A DNA stretch of 63,077 nt, filler included, from Craspedostauros australis (lineage: Eukaryota): NCBI GenBank assembly GCA_030167865.1. It is 7 parts of 7 records of this genome, joined end to end, with 100 filler letters (N's around TTAATTAATTAA, not from the genome) between each part and the next. Parts side by side here need not be neighbours in the genome. Positions count along the whole stretch, not along the records: positions 1 to 13,360 come from JALAGF010003058.1; positions 13,461 to 33,495 come from JALAGF010003059.1; 5 more parts are not named here. One strand, written 5' to 3'. Shown here one piece after another: positions 12,104 to 23,302 of this stretch (positions are counted from its first letter, which is position 1; every line of letters begins with the position of its first letter). The position numbers and the translations under genes were made by a program. The notes beneath the pieces are model-generated. The model saw nothing but the letters and a program-made list of their open reading frames with translations, was not told the DNA's origin and ran no database searches.

Positions 12104-12319
12104 TGTCAAGCAACCATGAACCATGAACCTTCGGTCGTTGCTTTTCAGTTTGAGGCGCTCGTGGGTGCACCTCCTGCGAACCTGATAATACACTCAGCAT
12201 AACATACTACTACCAATGCAATGATCACTCTATTTGGTTGGCAGAGGAGATAGAGGCAAGGAGTGTTGGCATACGTACGCAGGACAGACGTCCGCAGCCT
12301 CCGCCTCTGAAGAGTGACA
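12104..12319 (+). mobile_element. Putative 5' LTR (TGTCA...TGACA)
   Basis: Begins exactly where similarity to arm B stops, has perfect 5-bp inverted termini, and is followed by a gag-like ORF. TSD cannot be checked because of the gap. Confidence 0.5.
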
Positions 12320-12543
12320 ACGGAGACAGTCTCCTCCCATAAATCCATCATTAGCACACACACACACACANNNNNNNNNNNNNNNNNNNNNNNNNNNNNN
12401 NNNNNNNNNNNNNNNNNNGCTATTGTGATCACATCCTCTCCTTTCTTCGTGCTCTTCGTTTCAGGACGTTTCATTCCCTGGCCTCGAGCTGTATGCCCTC
12501 TCGTCACCCTCTCTTCGCTCCGCACTTCGTTCCGCTCTCTACC

Positions 12544-13360
12544 ATGGCCCCCGCTGATGACACCTCTCCGCCCACGGCGACGGTGACAACTGCTCAAACC
12601 ATTTCGCTTCGCCTTGGATGGAAATGGTTTCCGGCCGCCATGGAGGGGCTGCAGGTGCGCTCCGACGACGAACTCTACGACCTATTCTACGCGCCCGATG
12701 ACGGCTTTCACGAGTGCCTCTGCGCGTGGTCTGCAACGAGCCCACTTCATGTGCGGCACCTGTGGCGCCTTCGCGCGTGGTATTTGAAAACCGGCGAGGC
12801 TGACGACCAGTGGGCATCCAACCTCTCGGCGCGCGAGTTCCGCCCTTTCATGCGCCTCGAGAATCCGATCCCTCCCGCCTTCCGCTCCGTCCCCATGTCG
12901 GTGGCCTCTGTCGCTTCGCGTGCTGGTAACACAGGTCTACGCGCGGACGACGAGGTCGTGGACATATCCAAGGTGGCCGATCCTGCTGCGACCGTGCCGC
13001 CTGAAGGTGGTCCTCCTCCTCGCGACGGCGACACACCTGGCGATGGTGCGGCTTCTACTGCTCCTGCTGTGGACTCGCATACTCTCCCGCCTGCTGACTT
13101 CGAGGGTCCTCGTCGTGAGACCGCGGATTTCGACTACGTCACCGACTCTGGCGTGGACTACTCTGTGGCCAACGCCAGCCCCGCGTTCCGTCGGCACCGT
13201 ACCTATGAGGTCCCACCCGCTCTCGAGCGTCTGGACTACGGTGTCGGCCCGGCTTGGGACAAGTGGCGTCTTCCCCTGAAGGACGACTCGCCAGCCGCCG
13301 TGTTCAACTGGTACGGCCAGTTCCAGGCTGCTGCGGCGCGCGCAGACTTACACTTTTGCC
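12544..13360 (+). mobile_element. Probable LTR-retrotransposon gag N-terminal fragment (runs into gap)
   Basis: GC-rich open frame downstream of the LTR candidate, truncated by an assembly gap; no catalytic motif visible. Confidence 0.45.
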
Positions 13361-13404
13361 NNNNNNNNNNNNNNNNNNNNNNNNNNNNNNNNNNNNNNNN
13401 NNNN

Positions 13405-13416
13405 TTAATTAATTAA
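13405..13416. other. Artificial scaffold linker TTAATTAATTAA (also at 33540, 35180, 36789, 52920, 61712)
   Basis: Identical palindromic 12-mer with stops in all six frames, always embedded in N runs. Confidence 0.95.
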
Positions 13417-14215
13417 NNNNNNNNNNNNNNNNNNNNNNNNNNNNNNNNNNNNNNNNNNNNAATCTCTGTCACAACAGGAGGTCATTCAGCTGCTGTCTCT
13501 GAGGATGGACTTGCATCAACAGTGCATACATGAGCCCCAACCAATTTCATGTTACAAGAGGATGCTCGCTCAACAACACATCAGGCAGTGAAAAGCGCAC
13601 AATGGGCAACAAATGAGCACCAACCAAAACACACACACACACACACATAAACAACAACACCCACAAACAAACAGAACCAAGTCAGTGCGCTACTAGAATA
13701 AGCCAACACCGATAGTAGCAACAGGAACGAACACAACAAACCTGAATTGCCACAGTCACCATCCAACCACCAAACGGATTGCCGTTGTCGATTTACTCGA
13801 CTGTAACGAAACGTTGATAATTCGTGACCTAAATACAAAACGTTTTATTTTGTAACGTTTACGATGACTCCCTGCCACCAATCAGCATCTGTCCAGACGC
13901 GAACCGCGAGGACGCAGGAGGAACCAACGAGCGTTGGTGCAGCTGCTCTCTTGGTTGGCTCCACAACAGAGAGAGGAAGAGGATGACTTTGTGAAGTCCA
14001 CAACACTGATAGTGAACAATACCACTACGAGCCAGAGCATCAACATCGAAAGAGCAGGAGCCTGCCGACGAGAATCACATTGAGAGATACACGCAGCAGT
14101 CAAGCTTTGGCCGGTCAAGAGCCATCACTCCTGTACGAGCAGTGCCATAGACCGCACGGACATACTGCCTCTGCGGTTCTCATCGCCAACTTCCACTTGC
14201 GCTTGCACGTCGACC

Positions 14216-15586
14216 ATGGCATCGACATCCACGTTGGCCATCAGCAGGCGGCTGCTTTGGTTGGCAGTTGCACTGAGCATGGGCGTCTGCGAAGTGCATT
14301 CATCTGCGGCATCCAGGTCCCCCCAAACGTCATGGCTCTCGCGATGGAAGAAGACCCTGCGGCAGACCATGCGAAGCCGCGATCGGCACAAGTACGAGCA
14401 CATTCCGGAGGACATCGCGGCTGTGGTGGACTGCTCGTCGCGGTACTACTTGGCCGAGATCTTGCACGACAGCGGCAACGTGCAGCAGTCCACCGCGTTG
14501 CATCATCGTCGCAAACAGCGCAAATTGACGAGGACGTTGCGCCGCGCATTGTGGGTGTCACCGACTCCGTCGTCGTCGTCGCGCATGCGGGGTGGCAGCA
14601 GCGTCAAGCTGCAGCGGCAGTGGGATCTGCCGCATGAAGAGGAGCTCGATGCCATTTACGATGATATCCTCATCCTCGAGACGCAGTTGCGACTGCAGTT
14701 GCAGTCTCAGCCCGATGGATCAACGCGAGATGATGCGGCAGCGATGGCGGGTGGGACCAGCACCAGCGCCAACGGCAACGGCAACGACATTGGTATGGAC
14801 ATCCATTTGAGTCTGAGCAGCGACTATGACAGTGAAGAAGGCAGCCTCGACGTTGACGTTGACGCGGACACCGACACCGATGAGCAAACGCGGCAGTTCG
14901 AAACACAACTGTCGATGAAACAGCTCTACCATCGCTTGGAGGATCTGCAGAACCGCTTCAGCACGCTGCAATTGTACTGCGGCAAGGTCCGCGTGGCGGT
15001 CGATTTCACCAACAAGCAAGCCAAGGAGCTCAGACTCGAGCTGGGCCGCCGCGTCGACGCCGATCGCGCCTTCCTCGATCACTACGAGACCCAGGTGCAG
15101 TGCCTTCAGAATGACACCAAGACCAAGCTGCAGAACCAGATCCACCACGATGTGCACAACATCTATCAACCGCAGATAGCGGAAGCGTCGCAGCGGGCCT
15201 ACCACCAGGTCGTCGCCACCATGCCGCATCGCATGACGCAGGTCGTCGATGCATTGAACAAGGAGACGCAGCGTCAGATACTGGAGGAGCAGCACCGCAC
15301 GATGCAGCTCGTCGCGACGATCGAACGGCAGCGCCATCAGGTCGAGAAGGCGATGGCCACGCGTCTGCGGCAGCTCAAGCGGCGCAAACCATCGGTCGAG
15401 TCGTCGCCGCTGATGCAGTACCAGGAGTACCTGGACGACGGCGACGTTGACGTGGCCGAGCCACACAGTGAGGAGGAAGAGGATCATGATGTAGACACTT
15501 CCGTTCGCAAACAAGTTGGAATTGTCTCGTGTCTGCAGTTATGGCTGTCTACGCCCAGGGATACTGGGATATCAGCGGCTCCATAG
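14216..15586 (+). CDS. Hypothetical coiled-coil protein
   Basis: 456-aa ORF with coding-like GC3, a Q/E/L/R-rich helical C-terminal half and an acidic linker; start uncertain. Confidence 0.7.
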   Translation: MASTSTLAISRRLLWLAVALSMGVCEVHSSAASRSPQTSWLSRWKKTLRQTMRSRDRHKYEHIPEDIAAVVDCSSRYYLAEILHDSGNVQQSTALHHRRKQRKLTRTLRRALWVSPTPSSSSRMRGGSSVKLQRQWDLPHEEELDAIYDDILILETQLRLQLQSQPDGSTRDDAAAMAGGTSTSANGNGNDIGMDIHLSLSSDYDSEEGSLDVDVDADTDTDEQTRQFETQLSMKQLYHRLEDLQNRFSTLQLYCGKVRVAVDFTNKQAKELRLELGRRVDADRAFLDHYETQVQCLQNDTKTKLQNQIHHDVHNIYQPQIAEASQRAYHQVVATMPHRMTQVVDALNKETQRQILEEQHRTMQLVATIERQRHQVEKAMATRLRQLKRRKPSVESSPLMQYQEYLDDGDVDVAEPHSEEEEDHDVDTSVRKQVGIVSCLQLWLSTPRDTGISAAP

Positions 15587-15704
15587 ATCTACCGTACATA
15601 GAATTCAATACAACTCTGCTAACATTGTGTTACAAGGATTTTTGGAGTAAAGATCTGCAATGACGCAGCAGACAACGTGCCTCACGACACCCGCTCACCA
15701 CGAC

Positions 15705-17657
15705 TCAAGAAAACACCGCCGGCTTGACGACCGACATGCTGTTGATGGGCAGGATGCGATATTCGATATCCGTGCGACAGTACGCGCAGAAGCGCGGACA
15801 CGATTCCAGAGAACAGTTCTCGCACAGCAACCGATGATGGCACGGATGAAACACGACGATGGCGGTGCGACATTGGCACGCGATGCACATGTCGTCCCAG
15901 TGAATGTCGCGATGCGTGTGCTGCGTGGCCATGTTGTGGATCGTGCGGTGGTACATGCTGGCATCGAGGATGCCCATGTGGCGGTAGATGGTGCAATCCT
16001 CAAAGAACGTGCCGATCTGATCCTTCTCGTCGTCGACGATGTCGTTGTGCGGCTGCGATTCGATTGACGCGGAATCACGTTTCTTTGTTTCTGTATCGGC
16101 AGAGGGAGCGGGTGCGCGTTTGGCGGTGTTGGCGGCGGGCGTGGTTGATTGCGCTGTATTCTTGGGTGGTGGCTTCTGTGGTTTCCGCGCCGATGCGTTT
16201 GCCGCAGCATCGTTCGTGGTCATCTTGTGCTTGGAGGAAGGTTTGGATTTGGAGACTGGAGGCATCTTGGCTTGCGGTGCGACCGAAGCTGCGTGTGGCT
16301 GATTCTGGTGCTTTTGCTTGCCTGCGCTGGTGGCCTTGGAGGATCGGGACTTGTCCTTTGTCTTCTTGTTGACTTTGGGGACTTCCGGTTGCGACTTCGC
16401 ATTGGCATGCGTCTTCGGCTTGGCGAGCTGCTTGAGACGCGGCGCAAAGTCGATGGATGCGTTTGGATCGAGCAGCGACCACTTGCGTAGACGCTCGTCA
16501 TGCGTCTCCTCGATGTGGTGATAATCCCGCTCGTGGCGGCCGTAGATGTAGGCGCTGGTCTCGCTGACGAGGCGAAGCCAGTAGGTTTGGCAGCGTGGAT
16601 GACTGAGCTCCTTGCGCTGCTCGTATGCCAGACATGTCTGGGCAACGAGGTCGGTCGTGATGCCGAGTGCGTGAGCGGCGTGACCGCGGTTGGTGAAGGA
16701 GAGGAAGACGCGGCCGGATCCGCGGCAGATGAGCTCGATCGATTGGCCCTGATCCTCCTCATGCCTCTCATCGCAGTCCACCGTGAGCGGGCGCAGCATG
16801 GAGACATCGAAGCGTCGTTGATCCCTCATGGTTTTGGGGAGGTTGGAGAGGTAGTCCATCTGTCTCGTTGGTTGAGCGTCTGAACCAGATCGGCTGGGCT
16901 TCTTACTGGGTGGGGACTTGCGTGTTGGTTTTCGCTGGACCTCCGGGTTCTCTTGCGAGAGTTGATGCTTTTGCTTTTGCCTCTTTCGTCGATGCATCGA
17001 TGGAGATAGGCGCCCATCTTCATTGGTGCCAGACGCAGACACTGACGCAGAGGTAGACGCAGAGGTTGAGGTCGAGCTGTGCTTGATGCCTCCAGCGAGT
17101 GTGCTTGCGGCATTCGCAATGCGATCATCACCCTTTTGGCGGATGCCGTCCCCATGATGCGCAGCAACGCGAGGTGTGGAACGATCATCATCATCATCAT
17201 GAGCATTGTCTTGAACATCATCATGAGCATTGTCATGGACATTGCCACCAATCCCCTCGTCTGCAGATGCATGACTGGCGTCGGAGTCCTCACCGTTGCT
17301 GCCATCATCAGAATCAGGAGCAACCGAAGCAGGTGCCGCCCTGACACGCAACGAACCAGAATCGGCCGTGTAGACCTGCGGCGGCTTGACGTTGCGACGT
17401 GATCTCGCGAAGGCATAGATCTGACGCGGCGTCCAACGTCGGTCGTAGGTGTCATCGATCTCATCGTCTTCATCGTCGTGATCCTCCTGATCATCTTGAT
17501 AGTCGTCATCGTCGTCGTCATCTTCGTCGGTTTCATCCTCCGATTCGTGCTCGTCCGACTGCGGTTCCTCCGTCATGGCGTTGCGCTTGTGATCGTCATC
17601 GTTGCGCTTGTCAGCACCAGCCGCGGAGTCGGCAGTGCGCTCTTTTGCAGCGCTCAT
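15705..17657 (-). CDS. Low-complexity protein with C-terminal C3HC4-type RING finger (putative E3 ligase)
   Basis: C-terminus CIACQCRTAIVVFHPCHHRLLCENC...CAYCRTDI; acidic N-terminus; likely ATG at 17657 (MSAAKE). Confidence 0.8.
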   Translation of the reverse strand: MSAAKERTADSAAGADKRNDDDHKRNAMTEEPQSDEHESEDETDEDDDDDDDYQDDQEDHDDEDDEIDDTYDRRWTPRQIYAFARSRRNVKPPQVYTADSGSLRVRAAPASVAPDSDDGSNGEDSDASHASADEGIGGNVHDNAHDDVQDNAHDDDDDRSTPRVAAHHGDGIRQKGDDRIANAASTLAGGIKHSSTSTSASTSASVSASGTNEDGRLSPSMHRRKRQKQKHQLSQENPEVQRKPTRKSPPSKKPSRSGSDAQPTRQMDYLSNLPKTMRDQRRFDVSMLRPLTVDCDERHEEDQGQSIELICRGSGRVFLSFTNRGHAAHALGITTDLVAQTCLAYEQRKELSHPRCQTYWLRLVSETSAYIYGRHERDYHHIEETHDERLRKWSLLDPNASIDFAPRLKQLAKPKTHANAKSQPEVPKVNKKTKDKSRSSKATSAGKQKHQNQPHAASVAPQAKMPPVSKSKPSSKHKMTTNDAAANASARKPQKPPPKNTAQSTTPAANTAKRAPAPSADTETKKRDSASIESQPHNDIVDDEKDQIGTFFEDCTIYRHMGILDASMYHRTIHNMATQHTHRDIHWDDMCIACQCRTAIVVFHPCHHRLLCENCSLESCPRFCAYCRTDIEYRILPINSMSVVKPAVFS

Positions 17658-17959
17658 GCCTTTGATTGTTGCAGAGTGATCTGCTCTGCAATTCTTCGAG
17701 GATCCGCAGCAATACCAACAGCAGTGACTGTGCTGTTGATGGCCTTTCGTGTGTGTTGTTGTGGGTGGTCTCCATCGCTCTCTCTGTGTGAAACCAGGAG
17801 GATTCTGTTTGTGTCGGTTTCTTTGCATCCACAAGGCTGTTTGTGTTGCTACAACAGGCTGTTTGTGTGGCGCGAAGATACCAAACGATTGAGCTGCCTA
17901 CGACTTGAGAGCTAGACAAGGAGGGAGAGAGACGAGGGCAGAAGCTGAGCATTCTGGCA

Positions 17960-18437
17960 AAGGAGTATCCGGTGTCGACAGATTGATCTCAGCGGGATTA
18001 CTTCAACCAACGATCCATCGAGAGCAATGAGCCGATAGAAGTCGTCAACTTCGCCGACACATCTCAAGGCGTGCAAGAGATCTTCCACTCATCAGCGTCG
18101 TGGATGGTAGAAGCAAGATTGCAGATGCGTATTGTACATCACCTCGCCGACCACCGAAGGAGGTGGGAAGCGCTACAGCTTGCGATCGATCTGCATCCAA
18201 GCCAAAGATCTCGCAAAGGACGCACATCCAAACAAGAAAGACGACCTGATAAATGCCCTCGTAGTGGCGAGCGTGGGACTAGACCCTCTCTTTGGCAAAG
18301 ACTGGATATATATAGTAGGACACCGTTGCAGGTACGCAAAGAGCAGTTTCTTGGGGGCTGCACTGGAGGAGACTTTCCGTACATTCCTTTCGTGGTGGAC
18401 AAGTCCATTATCGTGGACACTTCGATGGAAGCGTTGA
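17960..18437 (+). pseudogene. Decayed fragment resembling the C-terminus of the adjacent 18687-21377 protein / PD-(D/E)xK-like domain
   Basis: Across frameshifts reads IDLSGI...VVDGRSKIADA/LYITSP...SICIQAKD, compared with IDVSSL...DDAGSLGDAELYII in the neighbour. Confidence 0.3.
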
Positions 18438-18686
18438 GCAGGTGTCGTGGTCCAACCGCAAAAACATAGCAAGCACTCTGTACTCGCGATCGTACCCCAA
18501 AAAACATGGGGAGACAGGCATGGAGCTCATGTTCCTATTATGTCCTATGAGTTGATCAGGGCGCACAGAATAGGATCAAGTAGCTCATATTATATAATAC
18601 ATTGTACAGCGCAGCCTCCAGTACAATTGTATCACTACCACCCAACACACTGCTGCGCAGAGCAACGCAGTTGCTATACTAGTAGA

Positions 18687-21377
18687 TCAGAAACGGATGA
18701 TGTACAGCTCGGCGTCTCCCAGGCTGCCAGCATCATCACGTTTGGCACCGAAGAACGTGACCTCGCTGCTTTCGTCAAGCTCGTTTGAGGCATCAACAGT
18801 ACTGCTGGTTGCATTCGATGAATCCACCATCTCGTCATTTGTGCTGGACTTGCTGTGTCCCATCGACATGAGACTCTCGAACAGGGTGTCGTCGAGTCTG
18901 AATCCTTCCCTTCCTTTCTTCAAGGACGATACGTCGATGATCACGGCTTCCTTCGCATCCGAACCATCCCAACTAGTCTTGGTCATTCCATCCTTCTCAA
19001 AGTACATCGCGAGATGATCAAAGTCGGATGGCGTAGAAATGGGAACGACGCCATCAAGGGGACCGAGGATCACCTGCGCCTTGCTACTCTCGGAATCTTC
19101 ATCATCTCTGCTATCCCGGCGCCTGTCGTCGTCTATGTTGGCATGCATTCCGAGAGTGTGCCACAGAATAGTCTTCATTTCAGGTCGGCTCGTTTCCTTC
19201 ACCGCCATCGAGGACATGATGGCACAGCTGACAAGGGTGCTCGCCATCGACCTGGACGCAAGAGACGTGTCTGCCAAAGATCCTTCCAACGAACCCTCAT
19301 CCCTGCATCCCACCAGCATCCAAAGACATAGAAGCTGCATTGCGGGATCAACCTCGAATGGTAGAGGACGTTCGATCTCACAATAGTCCCATTCACAATC
19401 TATGAACGGGGTTGGTGTTGTCATCTTGTAACGATTGGCAAGCTCTCGCATTGGATACTTGTCTTCATCATCGAAGATATCCAAGTCGATACCGTACTCC
19501 ATATCATGCGCAATCACGTAAGCATTTTCGTACGAAAGCTCCCCTGTGTACTCCGACTGGAATAGATGTGTGGCGAGTACTCGTGCTGCCACTCTTGCCC
19601 GATCCCCAGGTTGGTCCAACAGTGTTTGCATCTCATTGGTCTGCATGAAGTTGTGGAGCACGGTGGAGATGAGCGCATCCTGTCCTGCAGGCGTTTGGTA
19701 GCACTGTGCTGTTGTGGAACAGAGTGAGGACAGCATGATCGATGCCATCGTTGGATTGTTCATCACGATGGTCTTCAGGATGGGGTGCTCACTCAGGCCT
19801 TCCCAAGAAGGGTATCGACCTTCATCATGTTTGTATTGTTCGCACATGGCATTGTAAGTCTTTTCAGGTTCTCGAATGGCACATGGTTTGGTGTATACAA
19901 CTCGTTTGCGGTTTTTCCATTGTGGCTTTTCGACTACGCCATTCGTCACGACGGCGAATTGTATTTTGTATTGCCAAAACTCCACAGTTCTAAGTTCCTG
20001 CTGTGCCACGGCGCCACCACAGCCCCCCGAGATGTATTCTGCGAGTTCATGTTCAAAATAGTCGTCATGGGTGCATAGCGCGATCATATTGACAAGGTTT
20101 GTCAGGTGGTATGCATTGTCAATCGCGATCATGAAAGTAACTTGGTTGCATCCGGGGTCTGGGTCACATCTCATCCTTCTCCTGATCCTGGCGCTTTCAT
20201 CCATGATGGCCAACTGTTTGTTGATCTCCTTGATGACTTCGGAATGTTTCTTTGCAACTTCATGGATGGGCTTCTCCAGGAACTCGACAACTTTTCCGCG
20301 ATACTTAAACATGTCATTGCATGCAGGCATGTCTTCCTCGATACTGAGCATCATAGTCAAACAGCATTTGCGAAGGTGGGAACTCGCTGCGAGATCGATG
20401 CTCTTCCCCGTGCCGCTTGCAGAAAGGTATACAAACATCTTGGGATCTTCAAAGTCGTTGCGGCTGTATTCTGACCAGTCTGGCCGATTCAAGCGTAGAG
20501 GGCTCAGCCCATTGATGCACTTCTCGAGCCTCGAATCGCCTTCTCCAATGTAGCTCGTTCTCTCGGTAGTTATCCCAAACTGGTTTCCAAAGCGAATCAC
20601 AAGATACCTGGGTGGAAAGGACACCGGCGGTTTCACAACTTGCTTCGGTGGGAGCTTGACTACCTCAACGGGGCTTGCTGTATCAGCCGTATCAGCCTTG
20701 CTGCTGTGGTCTGGCTCATGGATGTGACCGATGATCTTGCTCACATGTTCCTCCCATTTGAGCCACTTGAAAAGGAGGTTGGATGGGGACATGGCGACGA
20801 AACGTTCGCAATCAGAGGAGATCTGAGACGGAGTGCGGTCAAAGCCTCTCACAATTCCAATGATCACGTATCTCGCACCTTGCACACCCTTGTGGAGTTC
20901 TTGAGGGTGGGGCTTCAACTTCTCTCGCATCGCGGCCTCATCCAGCTTGTGATTCCAAATCCCGCGGTCGTTAAAGAGCACCTCGCATCGGATGGCATCG
21001 TAAAGGATCTTGTTGGCTGGCTTGGTGCCATCCTGGCCATCCGTAAACTCAGAGTCGTAGGTGGCTTTGACAGTTCGGTTCGTGGTGAGGATGTCGTTGA
21101 GCTGCTTGTCGAAGTCACCGAATGAGAGCGGCGATGCTGGATCAACCAGCTGCTTCTTCAAATCGCTCAAAGCTTCATCGTTCGCCTTCAGGAATCGATA
21201 CGGGTCACTCTCCGCCATGTGTTCTGCATGTGGTTCCGATTCACGGTGTGCGCTCATCTTCGTGTTCATGGAGAGGCTGCATGAATGCATAATGGGTGGC
21301 AAGAGGACAAGGGATGGTCGTTTCTGACCATCGTTGTTGCGGAGTCGTGAGTTTTGATGCGAGTGTGGCGCAGACAA
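18687..21377 (-). CDS. Large hypothetical protein with P-loop-like NTPase motifs (Crinkler/RHS-like candidate)
   Basis: 896-codon intronless ORF; Walker-A-like VYLSASGTGKS (~20400-20430) and Walker-B-like FMIAIDNA. The true ATG is probably 20-55 codons inside the ORF. Confidence 0.7.
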   Translation of the reverse strand: MSAPHSHQNSRLRNNDGQKRPSLVLLPPIMHSCSLSMNTKMSAHRESEPHAEHMAESDPYRFLKANDEALSDLKKQLVDPASPLSFGDFDKQLNDILTTNRTVKATYDSEFTDGQDGTKPANKILYDAIRCEVLFNDRGIWNHKLDEAAMREKLKPHPQELHKGVQGARYVIIGIVRGFDRTPSQISSDCERFVAMSPSNLLFKWLKWEEHVSKIIGHIHEPDHSSKADTADTASPVEVVKLPPKQVVKPPVSFPPRYLVIRFGNQFGITTERTSYIGEGDSRLEKCINGLSPLRLNRPDWSEYSRNDFEDPKMFVYLSASGTGKSIDLAASSHLRKCCLTMMLSIEEDMPACNDMFKYRGKVVEFLEKPIHEVAKKHSEVIKEINKQLAIMDESARIRRRMRCDPDPGCNQVTFMIAIDNAYHLTNLVNMIALCTHDDYFEHELAEYISGGCGGAVAQQELRTVEFWQYKIQFAVVTNGVVEKPQWKNRKRVVYTKPCAIREPEKTYNAMCEQYKHDEGRYPSWEGLSEHPILKTIVMNNPTMASIMLSSLCSTTAQCYQTPAGQDALISTVLHNFMQTNEMQTLLDQPGDRARVAARVLATHLFQSEYTGELSYENAYVIAHDMEYGIDLDIFDDEDKYPMRELANRYKMTTPTPFIDCEWDYCEIERPLPFEVDPAMQLLCLWMLVGCRDEGSLEGSLADTSLASRSMASTLVSCAIMSSMAVKETSRPEMKTILWHTLGMHANIDDDRRRDSRDDEDSESSKAQVILGPLDGVVPISTPSDFDHLAMYFEKDGMTKTSWDGSDAKEAVIIDVSSLKKGREGFRLDDTLFESLMSMGHSKSSTNDEMVDSSNATSSTVDASNELDESSEVTFFGAKRDDAGSLGDAELYIIRF

Positions 21378-23302
21378 GGATCGTGAGAGCAGCCATGGCT
21401 CCGCGCCAACGGCGTTGAATGATCTTCATGGTCAAGTCAGTGCAGCTGAGAGATGCATGATTGTGGACTTACGAGCGGATTGCATGTTGTAGGCTTTGTC
21501 TCTGATGGGCTTTGTTGTTGTTGTCGTTGGATGAGCGATGTGCGTATGGTGGAGCGCCAAGGAGCGCTGCAAGTCTGGTTCGAGTACGAGCATGATGGCA
21601 GCATGTGTAGCAGGACGAGTATGGTAGGGTGTGGAGCAATGCGATGCAAGTCCACAAGATGCGATGGATGGTGATGTGACGCATGGTGACACACGGGAAG
21701 CGGCAGTGGAGTAATACAAGTACCCAAGTTGTGAGACTTGAGCAACAACTGTATCGTTTTGTGTCTGTATCTCTCTTCACTCGTAGTCGTACGTTGGGAT
21801 CCCGTATTGCCATAACACAGGCACGGGCATGTGCTCTACTCGCAGAGGAAGTCTGCACGTTGCGGCAGTATCGCACGAACCATTCACTTGTAACCGATCA
21901 AAGGAATTTCGGGTTTTCTTGGGATCACAGGAAAACCTCAGTTGGAAGCATCTGATCAACATGATCACCGCGAACCGTTGAAGGTGAAAGATGTCATGAA
22001 CAACATCCGATCGAGTACGAGTATAACATTGGTGGGGGTACTCAGAGGAAGCTCAGTAAGTGCGCTCTATTGGATTGAGTTGACTCGTGTTGAAGCGGAG
22101 TGTGTGTGCGTGTGTCTATTATGACTATGCATCAAACACCTCGAGGACGAGGACCAAATTATCTCAATAAATGACATCAACGTGGGGGGACTGTGGGCAT
22201 TGCGCCATGAGGCAGCAGCCAGCCAGCCGGACCAAGATGGCAAACGCCGCATGCCTCACGAAGGCGTCGTTCGTTGCCAACGCCAAATACAGGAGACACT
22301 GAAAAGGGGTTCGGTGCTTCCAATCCACGCATGAATCTATCCATCCGTCCGTCCTTCAGAACATCTGTTGGTTCTGATGCGAGGCGCAACGATGCTCATG
22401 TTGATACCAATGCATGGCCCTTCGAAACGAAAGGCTGCGTTGCAGTCTTATTACACGTAAAGAACATCACTAGTAGTCGTACTCATAGTCACATACATAC
22501 AATACTACGAGTACAAGTGCGGCGCTGCGCAAATGATCTTCTCGATACATCGCGTCCGTTGTGCGTGACACAGTTCCCGTTCTAGCATCAGCGTCAGTAC
22601 CAATAGAACATCAATGCATGGTGCGCAACACGATGGGATCAACATAAACGCAACGCAGAGCTCTTCTCTTCAGAATGGCATGGTACGAGCGGTACGGAAG
22701 TTCTGATACCTGATAATTTCCATACACCCTAATTGCGAGAAACTGCATTGCTCTCCCGATGCTCCGTTCGACATCTTGTGCACTCCATGTAGCTGCTCTG
22801 ACGAGCACGAGTATTCTGAGAAGGTGGAGGCAGAGGCGCCATGCTCGATGAATATTCGAAGGAGTGAGTACTTCACGGCGCTGTCACTATCGTCCCCAGG
22901 TGCAAGTCGCAGTGAGATTGGTCCCGTCGCTCGTCCGATAGTTAGACTCTACCCTCAGTTCGAGGTGAGGTCAGCCATCGCCCCCTCGGACAGACCACGC
23001 ATCCAGCCGCTCAGTCATTCCCGTCCCTTCTTCCATATGCGAGTGCCAGCCAGTGCCTCTCCTCGCGCATTGCCTACTAGCACTCGCCTACCGACGCGCA
23101 AACGAATGGGCGAATGCCCTGTGTGCTACACGTACCGCCGAATCAGCCTACATATTCGATGCACCAAAAACAACCATGATGGAACGATGACACCGTACCA
23201 TACCATACTCATACCACGCTGCGTGCACTGCCTGCGATCTTTCTCCCCGAAACATCGAATCAATGAAGTGCACGACCGGATCTACTGTTCTCGTACGTGT
23301 CA

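Larger units (their letters stand above)
6900..12106 (+). repeat. Arm A of a large inverted segmental duplication (partner 38029-43235)
   Basis: Colinear reverse-complement similarity throughout. For example, 6903 atgccaagaggcaccatg...aaccattcaaccattcaaccaatcatccaacacc matches the rc of ~43160-43232, and 12072 ggatgtatgtatcgcgactgtcggct matches the rc of ~38038-38063. Confidence 0.9.

Noticed and set aside
13405..13416. Recurrent TTAATTAATTAA palindrome as a piggyBac TSD or biological motif
   Set aside because: Always centred in equal N runs; an artificial contig linker
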